From the NCBI GenBank assembly GCA_951406725.2, contig OX597830.1:8246001-8310000 (forward strand): a stretch of 64,000 nt of DNA, given 5' to 3'. The stretch is from Octopus vulgaris (Eukaryota). Position numbers and translations under genes: made by a program. This document shows positions 14,095-29,171 of this stretch, in pieces (positions within the stretch are counted from its first letter, which is position 1; each line of letters begins with the position of its first letter). The notes beneath the pieces are model-generated. The model saw only the letters and a program-made list of their open reading frames with translations, was not told the origin of the DNA and ran no database searches.

Positions 14095-15334
14095 CCAGCA
14101 AGTGTATTTTCAAAGACACCTAGAAATTCTCAATAGAATTGCATCTCTTTTTACAGCTTTATAGTCTTTATGCGCTCTGGTTTGTTGCCATGCTGGAGCA
14201 CTACTGCTATTATATGTTAGCTGTAATGCAGTGAGTATTGCTGAACAAGAGATAAGAACTCACTGATTCAAAATTTGCTTTGCAGTTTCAATCCCCGCTT
14301 GATGCAAGCACCCCTCTCTCACATTAGACAATAAACTCTTGAGAAAGGCATTTCACCCCATTTCCACAGTATAGGGCCAGTGTTTCTAATCAGAGTATAT
14401 GCCTTAATAAATTAACAGTAATGAACCTTATACAGGGATTTGTTGGTTAAATAAGGATTTCTAAAGAAATCCATCTAGATTATCCGTTATAAGATAATCT
14501 AGTTGGATTATAATTTTCATAGAAAGGGGTCATGTAGGTGACTGATTGAGGAAGGGGTCAGCTGATCTGTACCCATTTCATTGACCCCTTTTGTGGGAGC
14601 AAAGACAAAGTTCTGATTGAGTTTGAACTTGAAATTAAATGCTAGTATCTGCTGGTTCTTGTATTTAACTACTACAATAATCCCTTGATAAAGATTTACA
14701 GTTGCAATAATCCCTCTACCCTTAATAAGGATTTACGGCTGCAATAATTTTTCACCCTTAATGTAGTTCCGAGTGAAATTCAGCATAACATGCAATGAGA
14801 CAAGGCTGGCCCCTTTGAAATACAGGTATAATTCATTTTTGCCAGCTGAGTGGACTGGAGCAACATGAAATAGAGTGTCTTGCTCAATGGCACAAAGTAT
14901 CACCGGGAATTGAACTCACGACTGTACAATCATAAGCTAACAACCCTAACCTCCAAACCACATGCCATATCAATATTAGTTTTATCTAAAGCAGTCTTCT
15001 TAATCTTCTATTAGAATTCCATTTAGTAAATTTCTAAATTTACTACAATAAATGTCCGGTGCTGAAGACTGGAAAACGACCTGAATTTGGTGAAATATGA
15101 CTCAGAACATAAAGTGACTTTAATAAAATTTGCCATTTGAAGAATTCTGCCAACTGACTGCCACCTTAATGGTAGTACCAATGGAACAATAAAGAAAGAA
15201 ATATAATTACCAAACTAGAATTTCTTTCATGTGACCCTCTCATACGAAGGTCAAAGGTCATGCCTTTTAGGCATGTGGATGTAGCCAATACCAGTCAATT
15301 GGAGAATTTGAATCCAATATTAAGAAAGCACATT

Positions 15335-15810
15335 TGAAATGAGATCATTCAAGAACAGAGCAGAGTGACCAATGTGTTCGCAGAATATCGAAAGCACAAA
15401 TTCCACTGGGCCAGACATGCCACAAGGTTCACAGACAACAGGTGGACCTGTGCAGTTGCTGAGTGATATCCAAAAGATGGGAAAAGGCCACTTGGAAAAC
15501 CTCTATGAGGATGAGAAGACAACTTGGTTAACCCTTTCGTTACCAACCTGGCTGAAACCGGCTCTGGCTCTGAATACAAATGTCTTGTTTTCATGAGTTT
15601 TGAATTAAAATCTTCCATCGAACCTTAGTCACAATTTATGTTCCTAACACTAGCTTAATAATAACTAAGTTATTTTACTAAATTCTTTGTTATATTTGAA
15701 GTAACTGAAAGAAACACAGAGTATTTCAAAATAAATACAGTAACGAAAGGGTTAAGCAATTTGGCTTAAGATGGAAAAGAATGGTGCAATCAAGACAACT
15801 GGAAGCACAT
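15335..15810 (+). mobile_element. Decayed RTE LINE 3' fragment, interrupted by a piggyBac MITE
   Basis: ..YRKHKFHWARHATRFTDNRWTCAVAE*YPKDGKRPLGKP.. fits RTE W.GHV.R..D.RW...W.P...R..GRP; frame resumes after the MITE. Confidence 0.75.
15532..15751. mobile_element. piggyBac-type MITE
   Basis: TTAA on both sides (15528-15531, 15752-15755); perfect 12-bp TIR CCCTTTCGTTAC. Confidence 0.9.
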
Positions 15811-18669
15811 TAAATATACAGCGCTCCTGCTACTTACACATTATGCTATGCTGTGGTACCTATTTACAGCCAAGTGAACAGGGCTACCAAGGGCTAAGTT
15901 ATATAGCCATGATCAACACAAATGCTAATGATATGAAACCCCTGATACTGATTCCATCCCAATCGTCCTATCATATTCATTTAATTTAAATTGCTTTTCC
16001 TATTCTAGGTTGGGGATAGATGAATACTTGTTATTGTGGCTTAACTTTACAGCTGGATGCCTTTCCTCATTAACATTACCTCTTTTTCCAGTAGGAGGTC
16101 TTTTGATTTTTCTGCACATTTTCAAAAAAGCAGAACTAACATACAATTTGTTTACAGGAGAAATGACAACAAACCATCACCGTTTTTAGTTCAGCACATT
16201 TTCATGCAAAGCACAGGATGTAAACATTCCCAGATAAATAGATATTACAGGGTTCATATAGTCTCCATTTACCAGATTTCCTCACAAGGGATTGGTTAGC
16301 TTGGTGCCACAATATAAGACACATACAAGTAGATATGAATATATGTGCGCGCACACACACACAGATATATATACATATACATTCATCTATGGTTGCACAG
16401 ACACACACTGAACTTTTGTACTATTTCATCTACCAAATTCCATTCATAAAATATTCATTAAGCCAAGGCTTTAAGCATGCGGTGGGACTGAACCCAGAAC
16501 CATTTTGTTGAAGACATGTGCTTCTTAACCACATGTTTATGACTATAGCAATTTTGCAAGTATGTTTGTACATTCATAACAAAAAATACCAAATACTAGT
16601 GAAGAATCGTTGCTTGATTTAGCAAAGTAATAAAATGTAAATTGCTATTGACTACATTCAAAGGTGGGGGAACGGTGAAGTTGTTGTGTTCATGCTTCCC
16701 CACAGAACATTAAAAACACAAATAATTGGAATTTGTTTTATATGGGAATAAAAATTTGGTTTATGTATTTGTCTTGTTGGTAACATCTCTTGGACAACCA
16801 GCATGGATAGAGAGATAAATTTTATATGTATATATATATATGAGAGAGAGAGAGGAGAGAGATAAAGAGGATGGAGGGAGAGAAATAGGATGCATTGAGA
16901 ACAAGATGAAGAATATAGAGAGAATTAAATGTTGTATCAAATAAGAAAGAAAATATTGCTTTGGATATAGAAGGAATTGAATTAAGAAATATCAAATGTA
17001 GAAGATATTAAATTTTGTACAAGATATTGAATGTAAAAAGAGATATCAAGAGAATAGCTTAAGATATTGAAATAAGAAAATAAAGTTAAACACAATTTAA
17101 TGCTTTCTTTGTTATTCCGTCTTGAAATAGGACTACTACGACAATAACTGCAACATTAAACACGATACCAACCACAAAGGTAACTAGTATCAAAGACAAT
17201 AAGAACCAAGCCAAATTATTCAGACGGAATATGAAAATAGTAACGCCTTGTGTATAAAAGAGAGAAAAAAAGTTAAAATTCTTCCTTCAAGAATGAATTC
17301 CATTTGTTTAAGAAATTCCAAATATTTAAATAATTCCAAAGCAAATTTGATAATGATTCCAGTCAATATTGCAGTGAGGAACAGATTCTGGGATTGGATT
17401 TAGGTTTTGTTGCAGGGAATTCTTATATAAGAGACAGCAGGGAAATAGATCGCTGAAGATTTAGCTGCTATATTGGGAAAATCAAGTCATAAAAGAGAGA
17501 CCATTTGTCAAGCTGAATCCTGGATTATGAAGAATGAGCTCCACGGACACAAAACATGAGTTCAAGACCCAATGAGATTTGTGGAAACATACCATGTTTC
17601 CACAAATCTGTTATTGTTGCTCAACTCAGGGTAGGGAGGCTTTGCTAGTTACTATTATTGTGTTGAACACCAGGTCACATCAGATGTTATATTTTGGAGA
17701 CTCCAGCACCCCAAAGACAATTCAGTTACAATTATTGGCAGAAACACACAACATGACACCAAAAATTTACCAAAGTTGTGGGACGGTAATTCTTGGTCCA
17801 TCTTTCTGTGAAGCATCTTGGTTCTAACTGCATCAAGAAGACATTGATAGCACGGACATCTACCTCTCCATGCCACAGAGTATACAACATGGTCTTGAAG
17901 AACAATATTCATCATTTTCAGACACACGAAACTTACAGATGGTTCTTCAGCTCGTTTGAAAGATTTGCTCAAAGAGATTCAAACAACAGTATTCAATATT
18001 GGCACCAAAATACCAAAAATACATCCTACAGCAAAATTGATGTGTCAAAAATTACCAAAATGCAACCAACTTTTGTACTGAGGTGCCCACCACTGTTAAT
18101 AAATCCAAAGAAACAAACAAATGAAGACCACAGACTCAATAGTCCATTCCACCTCTAAGACATCATTGACCTTTAGCCATACATAGATATTAAACCAAAC
18201 AGCAACATGGAATAAATGCCAAACTCTGAATGCCTCTCTATACTCTATACAACCAGTCAAACATGGAACCAGATATATGAAATGGACTGGGAAAGAACAT
18301 ACCTAGTATGCTATTGTCTGAAATTGGAGGAAACACTAAGAAAAAAAAACAAAAAAATAAAACTAGCTGATATTCATTTTTCCATATTTTCTTTTATTCC
18401 TTTCAGTCATTGGACTGTGGCCATGCTGGGACACTATCTTCATGGGGTTAAATATTTAAAACTTCATTTTATTTTCATATTCATTTATTTCTGGTTCTTC
18501 TGTAATTCTTAGAACATATATATTCCTATATATTATTCCAAGTAACTTCATTATTTCTTAGTTCTTCAATAAACCATAACAGTAGTTGCTAGAATTGGTA
18601 ACCTAGTGATGATAGTCTCTAAAGGTAAGGAATGGGTATAAAAACCATTTCTATTTCATCCTTTCATCT

Positions 18670-18890
18670 TTTGTTGCACCACCACACACCTTCTGTCACA
18701 TCCTATCTGTCACACTACCATACACCTCCTGTCACACCACCCTACATTTCCTGTCACACCACCATTCATCTTCTGTCACACCATCTTACATCTCAGCTCA
18801 TGTCACCATAATTTTCAGTCACATCATCCTACGTCATGTCACACTGCCATACACTATAAGTCACACGTTGATACTTCAGTCACATCACCA
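18670..18890. repeat. Degenerate ~21-bp tandem repeat (CTGTCACACCAC..)
   Basis: GTCACA recurs at roughly regular spacing. Confidence 0.7.
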
Positions 18891-19634
18891 TGAAATTAGT
18901 TTGTTATGGAGAAATTACAACCAGTGATACACTGGGGAAAGATAAATCAAAGGGGGAGAAAAAAAAAACAGGCAACATTAAATATTAGAATGAAAATTAA
19001 AATGAAAACAAAAACAATAAAATAAAACAATAAAAAAGGCAAAATTATTTATTTATTTGTTTATTTATTAAAAATATTTTTTTGGTAGGAGGGGATAAAA
19101 TTGAAAACAAAACAAAAAAGCAAACTAAAATAAACAAAAAAGAAAACACTCTAAAAAACAAAATCAAAATTAAATGCAAAAAAAATAAAAAACAAAACAT
19201 AAAAATTTCATGGGATGGCTTTTTTTTTGTTTTGGTTAGGGGTAATCTTTTGGGGTGGGAGTTTTTTCTGGGGGAGATATTGAGAATATTTTTTATTTAA
19301 CAAAAAAAAAAAATTAAAAGTTAAAAAAAACCAGAAATTTAATTAAAAAAGTTAAACTTCTGAAATTTGTTATTTAAAAAAAATTTCATTGTTATTTTTT
19401 TAATGGTTTTATTTGAATGGGAAAGGGCAAGTCTGTGGCCCTTAACAGGGCCTCCAAAATCTGACAGAAGATAGGTGGAAAGAAGTTATCTTCAGAGTCT
19501 GTGACCACAGAATACTTCACCATAGCAAAGGACAAATTTAACAAGCTGGAAACCAGCCTAATCTTATTAAATATGGTAAATCATGTGACCTCTGTTTTAA
19601 TCAAAGAACCTGATTCTGAGGACCAAAGCCACAG

Positions 19635-19960
19635 CTAAGACTGGAACTTAGAATGTACAAAAACTGTACTAAACTGGAAGACTAACCCAATTGTTGAGAG
19701 AGTTTGATAGATATTAGCTGGACATCTTAGGCTTAAGTGAAGTGAGTTGGACAAAGAGCAGAAAGATTGACAGTGATGATGGTGGTAGGACCTTCGTCCA
19801 CTCCAGTCATAAAGACTAACACATCTATGTTGTGGGCATGGTGCTTACCGAAGAAGCACCAGAGAGCTAATTGACTAGAAACCAATGAATAAAGAAAGCT
19901 TCACGGTGAGATTCCAAGAATGGCATACAATGACCATTATTGTGCAAAACTACGTGCCAA
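19635..19960 (+). mobile_element. Decayed RTE LINE apurinic-endonuclease domain
   Basis: KTGT*NVQKLY*TGRLTQLLREFDRY*LDILGLSEVSW...RF..TIIVQNYVP fits GTWNV..DILGLSEVRW..Q.YAP. Confidence 0.8.
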
Positions 19961-22058
19961 GAAACTAAAGCCATCCAAGGAACTGAGCAGTGTAGAAGGA
20001 CCCAAAACTAGGTGGGGGGGGAATGTGTTTTTTTAAATCTTCAGTGCAACCACCTCCACCACCACTGATACAGGATTAGATCAACCCAAGTGAATTACTG
20101 GTACTGATTTTATTACCTACCCCATCCAACACAATGACACCCACACACCAGCATCCTAAAAGAGACAGAGGTCAAATCAGAGTATGGGTTTGAACTCTGA
20201 CCCCAGAAGGACAAAAGTCCTGTAAGGTCATTTAGGCTGACATTATTATTAGGAGGAAGGGTGCTAAATTGTTTTGTAAAGCTAATTGACTGACTAAATC
20301 AACCCCAGGATATTACTGGTACTCTTGTATATTAAGGCAGTTTACTTCAGTTGTGTTCAGAAAGCTGTAAGGAACAAATGGGTGTCAGAATCGGACCCTT
20401 AGGCTTAAGTGAAGCTGACCAATATGAAACCCCTTTCAAGACTTCATCCAGGGGTCAATTCATTGTTCAATCATTGTAAATAATTAAACAGGTCTTTTAA
20501 TAATTTCCAGATATATTTAATTCTTGCTTAGTTAAAATTCACATCTTGACTACTGTCTCATGTTGGTAACATCGACACAGTGCCACCCAGTACTGGTATT
20601 TGGTAGAAAGAGGGTCCAAAATTAAAAAAACAAAACCCTACCCAAGGGGTTTCAATTCTTATTTTAAATTTCAGTCTCTCTCTCTGTCTCTCTATGCTCT
20701 TTGTCAATGGGGCTGGGGCACCTTAGGTTAGGGGTCCCAGAGGCATCCCCTGCATAGAGCCAACCAAACTCACCAGAGACCCCCACCACCAATCACTGTC
20801 TAACTGCAATCTGTAATATTGGCAAGGCCTATATGATAACATGTATCAGTGGCTCTATCACCAGTGTAGGGCATGGAGGGGACCATGGGACCTTGAATAT
20901 CTGAAGGGCCTCTACCTCAAAAAAGAAAGAACGAAAGAAATGAAATCCTCACAGAACTCTTTGAAACCTGAAATAAACCAACCCCATTGCCACCCAACCA
21001 CCTAGCTACCAACCCCTGGAATCCAAGAGCTGTCTCTTTTTGTCTTGCAAGATTTCGGTCAAAAGTTCTGGATAGCTAAACCACTTTGTTCATGATTTAA
21101 ATTCACAATTGGTAAACTTCCAAACATCCCCCACCCCACCTCCATCACTACTATTACTAACGAGCCACTACCACCACCACCACTACTACCACTAGTTACA
21201 CTACTACCACTACTTGTACTACGACTACTAAAATTCTATCTTAGTCATTTATATGAAGAAAAATATTAAAAAATGATTACAAAAGGAACCACTTGAAAAG
21301 TTGAAGAATACAAAATCTTTTGAATATATTTGAGGAACTAAGAAAAAAATCTTGAAAAATTTGATGAAGATATAAAGACAGGAAGAGTTCTGGATGTTGA
21401 CTTCCGACCGAAATGGTTCGAATTTGCCTAGGTTACTCAAATGGCAAAACAAGGAGAGAAAAACATTATGGTGGGGAGGTAGGAAGCCGATGGGACGGCT
21501 TCTATGTGGTCACTCCACATAGCTAGAATTAGCAGCCATATCTCCCTCAGATCACATCCTGCTGTCTTAGAAAAGAAAGACACGTTGGACACTGTGGACC
21601 CTGGTAGATTGCTAGATCACAGGTTCAATCAGAGCTGGAACTGAAGAACAAGAAAAAAGGAAAAAAGAAAAAAAAAAGAACTGGAATCATTCCCAGCATG
21701 CAAGTATGAGCAGAAGCTATAATCCTCTCTCTTCAATATTTTTACATAGGTTTCCAGATATAAACAATAGTAATACAGAAGTTAGTATGTCCGGAGTGAA
21801 AGAAGATTCTATTTAAGAACATATTATTATTATTATTATTATTATTAATATTAATTACATGGTTTCATCATAAATGGCTAATTAACAATATTAATATAAT
21901 TAGTGCAATTAAAACAGGCAAAGGTATTTTGCATTAAAAAAAATAATTGTATATATACATATATATATATAGTGTGTGTATATATGTATTTATGTCTGCA
22001 TGTATGTGTTTGTGAGTGTATATATAGGATACTAAATGTACTTCTGTATGTGTGTTAG

Positions 22059-22140
<82 letters not shown>

Positions 22141-22212
22141 TATATATATATATGTGTGGGTGTGTGTGTGTTAGTGTTATATATATATATATGTGTGGGT
22201 GTGTGTGTGTTA

Positions 22213-22252
<40 letters not shown>

Positions 22253-23801
22253 GTGTGTGTGTGTGTGTGTGAAGGTAACTGAATATGTGGTATTACAGTT
22301 TGTGTATAAGTACTGAATGTATGTGTGTGTGTATATATAAATGTGTGCATGTATATATCTGTATGTATGTGTATGTGTGTGTATATATCTGAATGTGTAT
22401 GTTTATCTATATATCAATATTCATGTCTATACACACATGGCGTCAATCAACTGTAACATTTCCAACATTTTTCCAAATAATAATAATAATAATAATAATA
22501 GTATAACAATGATAATAATGAACAAAAAATATACAAATAAAAGATTTATAAAAAAAATTGAAAGAAAAAAAGCATTGATTGAAAAAAATATATTCTATAT
22601 TTTATCTTAATTTTTTTTAGATTATTTTTTATCCAAGTTTTTCTTAGAAAAAAAAAAAACACCAAAGCAAAAAATAAGCCAAAGTAATAAATTTTACAAA
22701 AATTTAAAAATATTTTTGAAAATTTCAGCAAAAAAAGCAAAAGTTATTTTTATCACATTTTAAAAGAAAATTTTTTTTATTTTCATTCTATTGTTGATTT
22801 GTTTTGTATTTTTGTTTTTTGAAATAAACTCATAGGAAGGGGGAAAAAAACAATGAATATTTGAATATTATTTTCTTTTTCCCCTTGTAAACCCTTTTAA
22901 TATCAGCGGTTGTGATTATTAACCCCTCCTTTTAAAGTGCAACAGCTGCTGGGGACACAGCCATGCATGATGGTTCTAACTATAAACCCTGTTTGTTGAC
23001 ATATCATAACAACGACCCTTTCACACTCCACAACCACTGTTACCACTATTATTATTATTACTACTATTACAACTACTACTACAGGCCAACAAGGAATACC
23101 ACTGTGTAGTCAAGAAAAGAAAAAGCAGGCAAATCTCCGTGGTATTTCAAACAAGGAAGGACATGTTGAATAATGTAGGTCTTCAATAAACCTAAGAATG
23201 ATGGTGTAGTCATGGAAGGAGTGCTTTTGATTAAAGATTTACTCAAGGATGACCTGGGATTAAAGAAAAATAACAACAACAACTACTACTTCTATTGGGT
23301 ATTGATCTTGTAATGTAAACCCTCAGAGGAATATATTTAGGTTATACACAGAACCTCAGCTCCTGATTTCTGTAATAAAACAATTATAAGCATAACTGTA
23401 TTTAAATTCATGCACATGGCATACCCTGGTGGTCAGCTATTATAAGGGAGACAAACACTTCTAGATCAAGTTTAGGCAGGATTGGAAGTTTGAATTTGAA
23501 ATCAAATAGTGATGAAGAAGGTGCACAAAATATATAAACTTAATATTACTCTTTCCAACTCATTACAAAGATCTTAAAATTGCAGATGTACGTAGCCATG
23601 TGTAGTGCCATTTCATCCTTATTTGAAATCATCAGTATGACATAGTGGCACATAAAAAGCAATCACTACACTCTCGGAGTGGTTGGCATTAGGAAGAGCA
23701 TCCAGCTGTAGAAACTCTGCCAGATTAGATTGAGCCTGGTGCCTTTCCCCAAGTACATTAAATGAGAAAAAAAAACTCAAAATGGAATTTACATTAATAT
23801 T

Positions 23802-24237
23802 CTTTTCTACTCTAGGCACGAGGCCTGAAATTTTGGGGGAGGGGGCCAGTCAATACGATCTACCCCAGTATGCAACTGCTTCCTAATTTATCAACCCCGA
23901 AAGGATGAAAGGCAAAGTTGACTTCAGTGGAATTTGAACTCAGAATGTAAAGACAGACGAAATGCTGCTAAGCATTTCGCCTGGCATGCTAACATTTCAA
24001 CCAGCTCATAACCTTTATCATATTCATTTCTACTCTAGGCACAAGGCCCAAAATTTTTGGGGAGGGGGCCAGTTGATAAGATCTACCCAAGTACGCAACT
24101 GGAACTTAATTTATTGACTCTGAAATGATGAAAGGCAAAGTCAACCTCAGCGGAATTTGAACTCAGAACATAAAGACAGATGAAATACCGCTAAGCATTT
24201 TGCCCAGCGTGCTACCGTTTCTGCCAGCTTGCCGCCT
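23802..24237 (-). mobile_element. Family B SINE dimer with 19-bp TSD
   Basis: TGGAATTTACATTAATATT at 23783-23801 and 24238-24256. Confidence 0.85.
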
Positions 24238-25632
24238 TGGAATTTACATTAATATTGAATCACAAACTTTTAAACCCTAGAACTTATTCCATTTTCTTTA
24301 AAGAATTTTTAATCAAATGTTATCATTTAATAATATGCTGCTAAATATTTTGCCCCATGTGCTAACAACTCTGCCAGTTCTGTATGTTAAATTATTAAAT
24401 ATAAATTATAAATCATCATCGTCATCATCACCTAATGTCTGTTTTCCATGCTGGCATGGGTTGGATGATTCTACCTATGTACTGGCAAGTGAGAAGTCTA
24501 TACCAAGCTCTGCTGTCTGCCTTGGTATGGCATCTACAGATGGATGTCCTTCCTAATGCTGACTTTCCCAAGTGCACTATGTGCTTTTTATGTGATACCA
24601 GCAGAATAAAATCTAAGATTACTGACCAATAAGTGAACACAAGAGAAAAAATTTGCAGTTCCTTCCTGAAACAACCATCTTGGATAAGGTTATCGTAACG
24701 GATATCAATTTACAAAAGTACAAGTTGGCCATCAACTGTATTATCCTTACAACTACATAAAGGTCTATTAGAGGGTGGGGGCCACTGACCCAACCCCCAG
24801 AGCCAGAATAACAACAGAAAGAGAATATAAAGATAGTAAAACTTGTAGTGAGTGCAGAAGACCAGTTTTGGATGAAGTTTATTCCAAAGATTATAATAAT
24901 TTCATCATTTCCAAATCACCTTTACTTCAGCTAAAACACACATACACCCTACCCAAATGTTATGTGTGTGTGTGTGTGTTTGTTTTGCTTCGTTTGTCTA
25001 TTTCTTCATGCATGGAATATCCATTGTTCTTTGCTAGCATGGTTTGGATGGGAATTGGTTTTTTGTAGCAGAAATTCTATAACTGGATATTCTTCCTGTC
25101 ACTAGCCCTAGCTTGTTTTGTAGTAAGACATATGTGTGTGTGTGTATCTATATATATATATGTTTATATGTGTGTGTATACATGTGTGTATATTTAAATA
25201 TGTATGTATATATATATATTTATAAATGTATAAATACATATTCGTCTGTGAGAATGACTTGTGTGTTTATGTAGCTAACTATGTGATTAAACCCATACCA
25301 TCGATTCACACAGATACCTGAGTGACCATCAGTGTAATATAAGATATATATATATATATATATATATCCCCTTTCTGCACCTGAAACAAACCTTGTGTAT
25401 GATGTGATGACGGGGTCTGTGGTGATGGGATATCAAGACATAAACAAAATATTGAAAGATTAAAAAGAAATATTATCAGTTCGGTCAGAATTTAGCAATT
25501 GTAGTTTGGATACTTAATGAGAATATCAACATGTCTTGTAATGATACCAAAAATATAAAGAATATCAAAGCTACAAGCTGAGGCACAGGACATCAAATGA
25601 TTAATATCATCAATGTTTTATGACAGGCATAT

Positions 25633-25670
<38 letters not shown>

Positions 25671-25919
25671 TGATAATAGATATCTATAAAATACAGACAT
25701 TGTCTTTTGTATAGACACATTACACATTATTGATGTAAGACAAAACATGGTGATATCTAATAATACACGATATTGTTATTATTATTATTATTATTGTCAT
25801 TATTACAGTTATTATTATTACTACTAGTACTACTACTACAAAATAATAATAGACTAGAAGTTAATGTGTTTATACGTATGTAAATATATATTCTTGTTAA
25901 AGAATAATCAATATATGTA

Positions 25920-25977
<58 letters not shown>

Positions 25978-27653
25978 CACATATATATATTCAGTATGAA
26001 AGTCTTTTGTGGTACAGCTACGTCTTAAATTCTAGGTTCAGATAAAGTATTAAAAAACAAACAAACAAACAAAAACTTGACAGAAAACATTTAATTTATT
26101 TTATTTATTTGTTAATTTGCTAAGCTTTTTTTTTTTGGGGGGGGGGGCAGTGATTTTGAAATCTTGGATCAGAGGTTGTATATATGTGCGAATATATATA
26201 TGTGTGTGTGTAATATACACACATATCCACATACAAACTGTGTGGGTGATATATATATATATATATATATATGTATACATATATATATATCATCGTTTAA
26301 CGTTCACTTTCCATGCTGGCATGGGTTTGACTATATATTTATATATATATGAATATGCTAATGTATGAATGTATACATGTCTGAGTTTGTGTATTTATGC
26401 GAGTATATATATATATATATATATACACACACATCTCTACATAAGAACTGCCATTTTTCTTTTCTTTTTTGTCTAATAATAATTATATGAAGAGAGAGAT
26501 CACCCACTTTCATTACCCCCACCTCCAACCCTTCAGGGGTTACAATAAAGTTTCTTAGTAGTGGAATAATGAAGTCATTGACCAGTGGAAATTCTGAATA
26601 TAAGCACTAGTAAATAACATTGATATTTAACTGAGTATATATATATATATAGTAGGTGAGGAGATGTTAGTGCTAGCACAGACTAAATAAACATGAAATC
26701 CGTGCTTGGACTAATGAAATTCTTAAACTCCAACTTATTTATCAGGGTAAGGTAGTCCAGCAGTATAAGAGTTGGCAAGAACAAACACAAACTTTGAGTG
26801 AATAATATATGGTGTAATAGCGAACATTCACTGAATTTTTGAAACAGCTGTAAAGACAAATTTACATTCTATAAAATATATGCAACTTCTCTTCACATTT
26901 ATAATTGTACGATTCCTTACATCTATAAATACTTATCTATCCTTCCTCTTTAATAATATAATTATATATATATATATATAAGGTGGTGCTCCAGCATGGT
27001 CACAGACAAATGAGTGAAACAAGTAAAAGAATAAATGAATATACACATTATATATATATATATATATATAATATATATATATATATATGCGTACACACAC
27101 ATACATAAACATACACACAAACATACATACATAAAAACAATGACACACTCACACACAGTATTATCTTAAGAGGCAGCAAAGCAAAGGAAGGAGAAATATG
27201 CAGACACATGTTGGCAAGGTACTAATTCATAGGTTAACTAGTAATATATGGCCTTACATTTTACCCTACTAGTACTACCTAGAAGCTGAGTAATAAACAA
27301 ACCAATGCTGAGCAATTGTTATAAAACAATGGAGAACCTAGATTCAAGAATTTATGAGAATACCGTCTTAGCAATAGGTTTGGTCCATAGCTTACAAACT
27401 TAACTAACAAAGATAGATAACCATTGATGTTTGTATAAAAGTATAGACATGTTACCTGTAAATATAACCATTGAACTGTTGTAGAGAAATAGCAATAAGT
27501 CAGTTTACTCCAAAGTACTGTTGCTGAATACCTCTTGTTGTGAGATTTAAAAATAGTGATTTTCTAATTTATAGATCGGTGACTAGTTGTCACTTTGAAA
27601 ACTATATATCTCTAATGGGAATTTAGCAGCGCCACCTCTACCTGAACAATTAT

Positions 27654-27698
27654 TCTGTGCTGATGAAGGAAAATAACCCAGAAATCGTGATACACAGA
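27654..27698 (+). ncRNA. Candidate minimal hammerhead ribozyme
   Basis: UCUGUG-CUGAUGA-AGGAAAAUAACCCA-GAAA-U(CGUG)A-UA-CACAGA; 6-bp stem I, weak stem II. Confidence 0.6.
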
Positions 27699-28275
27699 TA
27701 GTGTTTTGAGCTGAGTTGGGGTGCTAGATTCACTTGTTCGAAAATATAAGGACACAGATCGTGTCATATAGCCAGCTGGAGACAATGTCTCCAGGGGCTA
27801 AATTACAGCAACATTCGTCCTAAAGCAGGACTGCCACATTATGTTGGCAAAAATCTTTACTCCAAGTCAGTTTGTGTATAGAATTAAAGAATGTAAGAAT
27901 TCTGTAGAAGCACGTTTGCTACTCATGAATGTTAAGTTAGTTAGCTTGTGGTGGATTGATGCCTTTTGGAAATTTTTCAATATTCTTTGATACAACAAAA
28001 TAAAGTTTAAGTATATGAATATCTTACTTCAGGTTTATGACAATGAAAATTGTTTCCAATTTAAGTAGAAGAGCAACAATTTTAGTGGGAAGCCTAAGTT
28101 GATACAGTCAACCCCAGTTCTTAACTGGTACTTTATTTCATTGATCCTCAAATAATGAAAGGAAAAACTGGCCTTGACAGGATTAGAACTCAGAATTGGA
28201 ATGGCCAGAACAAACACTGCAAGGCATTTTACCTGATACTCAAACAATTCTAATAGCTTGCAGCCTTATAGGTAT

Positions 28276-28312
<37 letters not shown>

Positions 28313-28896
28313 TTCTACTAAAGGTACAAGGCCTGAAACTGGGGGAAGGTGCTAGTCAATTACATGGACCCCAGTATTCAACTGGTACATATTCTATCAA
28401 CCCTAGAAGGATGAAAGGCAAAGTCAACCTCAGTGGAATTTGAACTCAGAATAGAAAGAGAAACAAAAAGCTAACGATTCTGCCAGCTCATCACCTCAAT
28501 ACTAATACCAATAATAATAGTTTCTAAGAAGAGCTCAGGCCTCACATTTTGTGGTGGGAGAGGGGAGCAGGGTAGTTTATTTATATCTCTGTAAGAACCC
28601 CGGTACATTACTGGTACTTAATTTATCTGATCTACTCTGAAAGAAAATGCAAAAGTTGGCCTTGGTGGAATTTAAACTCACTAATAAAAAGATAACACTA
28701 ATCCTTATTATTACTATTACTATTATTATTATTATTATTATTTCTAGCATCAGCTTTCAAAAATGAGAACCAATTAGTAGTAGTAGTAGTAGTAGAACAC
28801 AATTTGAAAGTGTGCATGTGGGCATTTACTGATGTATGTGTATATGTGCATTTATATATCTATGTTCAAACGTGTATGTTGATGTCAGCAGGAATG

Positions 28897-28928
<32 letters not shown>

Positions 28929-29126
28929 ATAATAGTGGTATAAAACATTTTTTTTCCATTAAAACCCTTTCAATTTTAATACTTTCCAAATCATGAAATT
29001 ATTTCAAAATCAAATTTTAATTTCCAACATGTTTCTGTATTGACGTTTCCGGAGAAAAAATGGCTAACAAAAAATTAGAAAAGTAAAAGCGTCCAGTAGA
29101 CAAAAAAAACGTGTACGTATACATAT

Positions 29127-29171
<45 letters not shown>

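Noticed and set aside
17560-18090. Possible decayed Tc1/mariner transposase (minus; ..WRGR.., KDGPRITVPQL)
   Set aside because: Motifs scattered over frames, no TIRs or DDE seen; needs tBLASTx.
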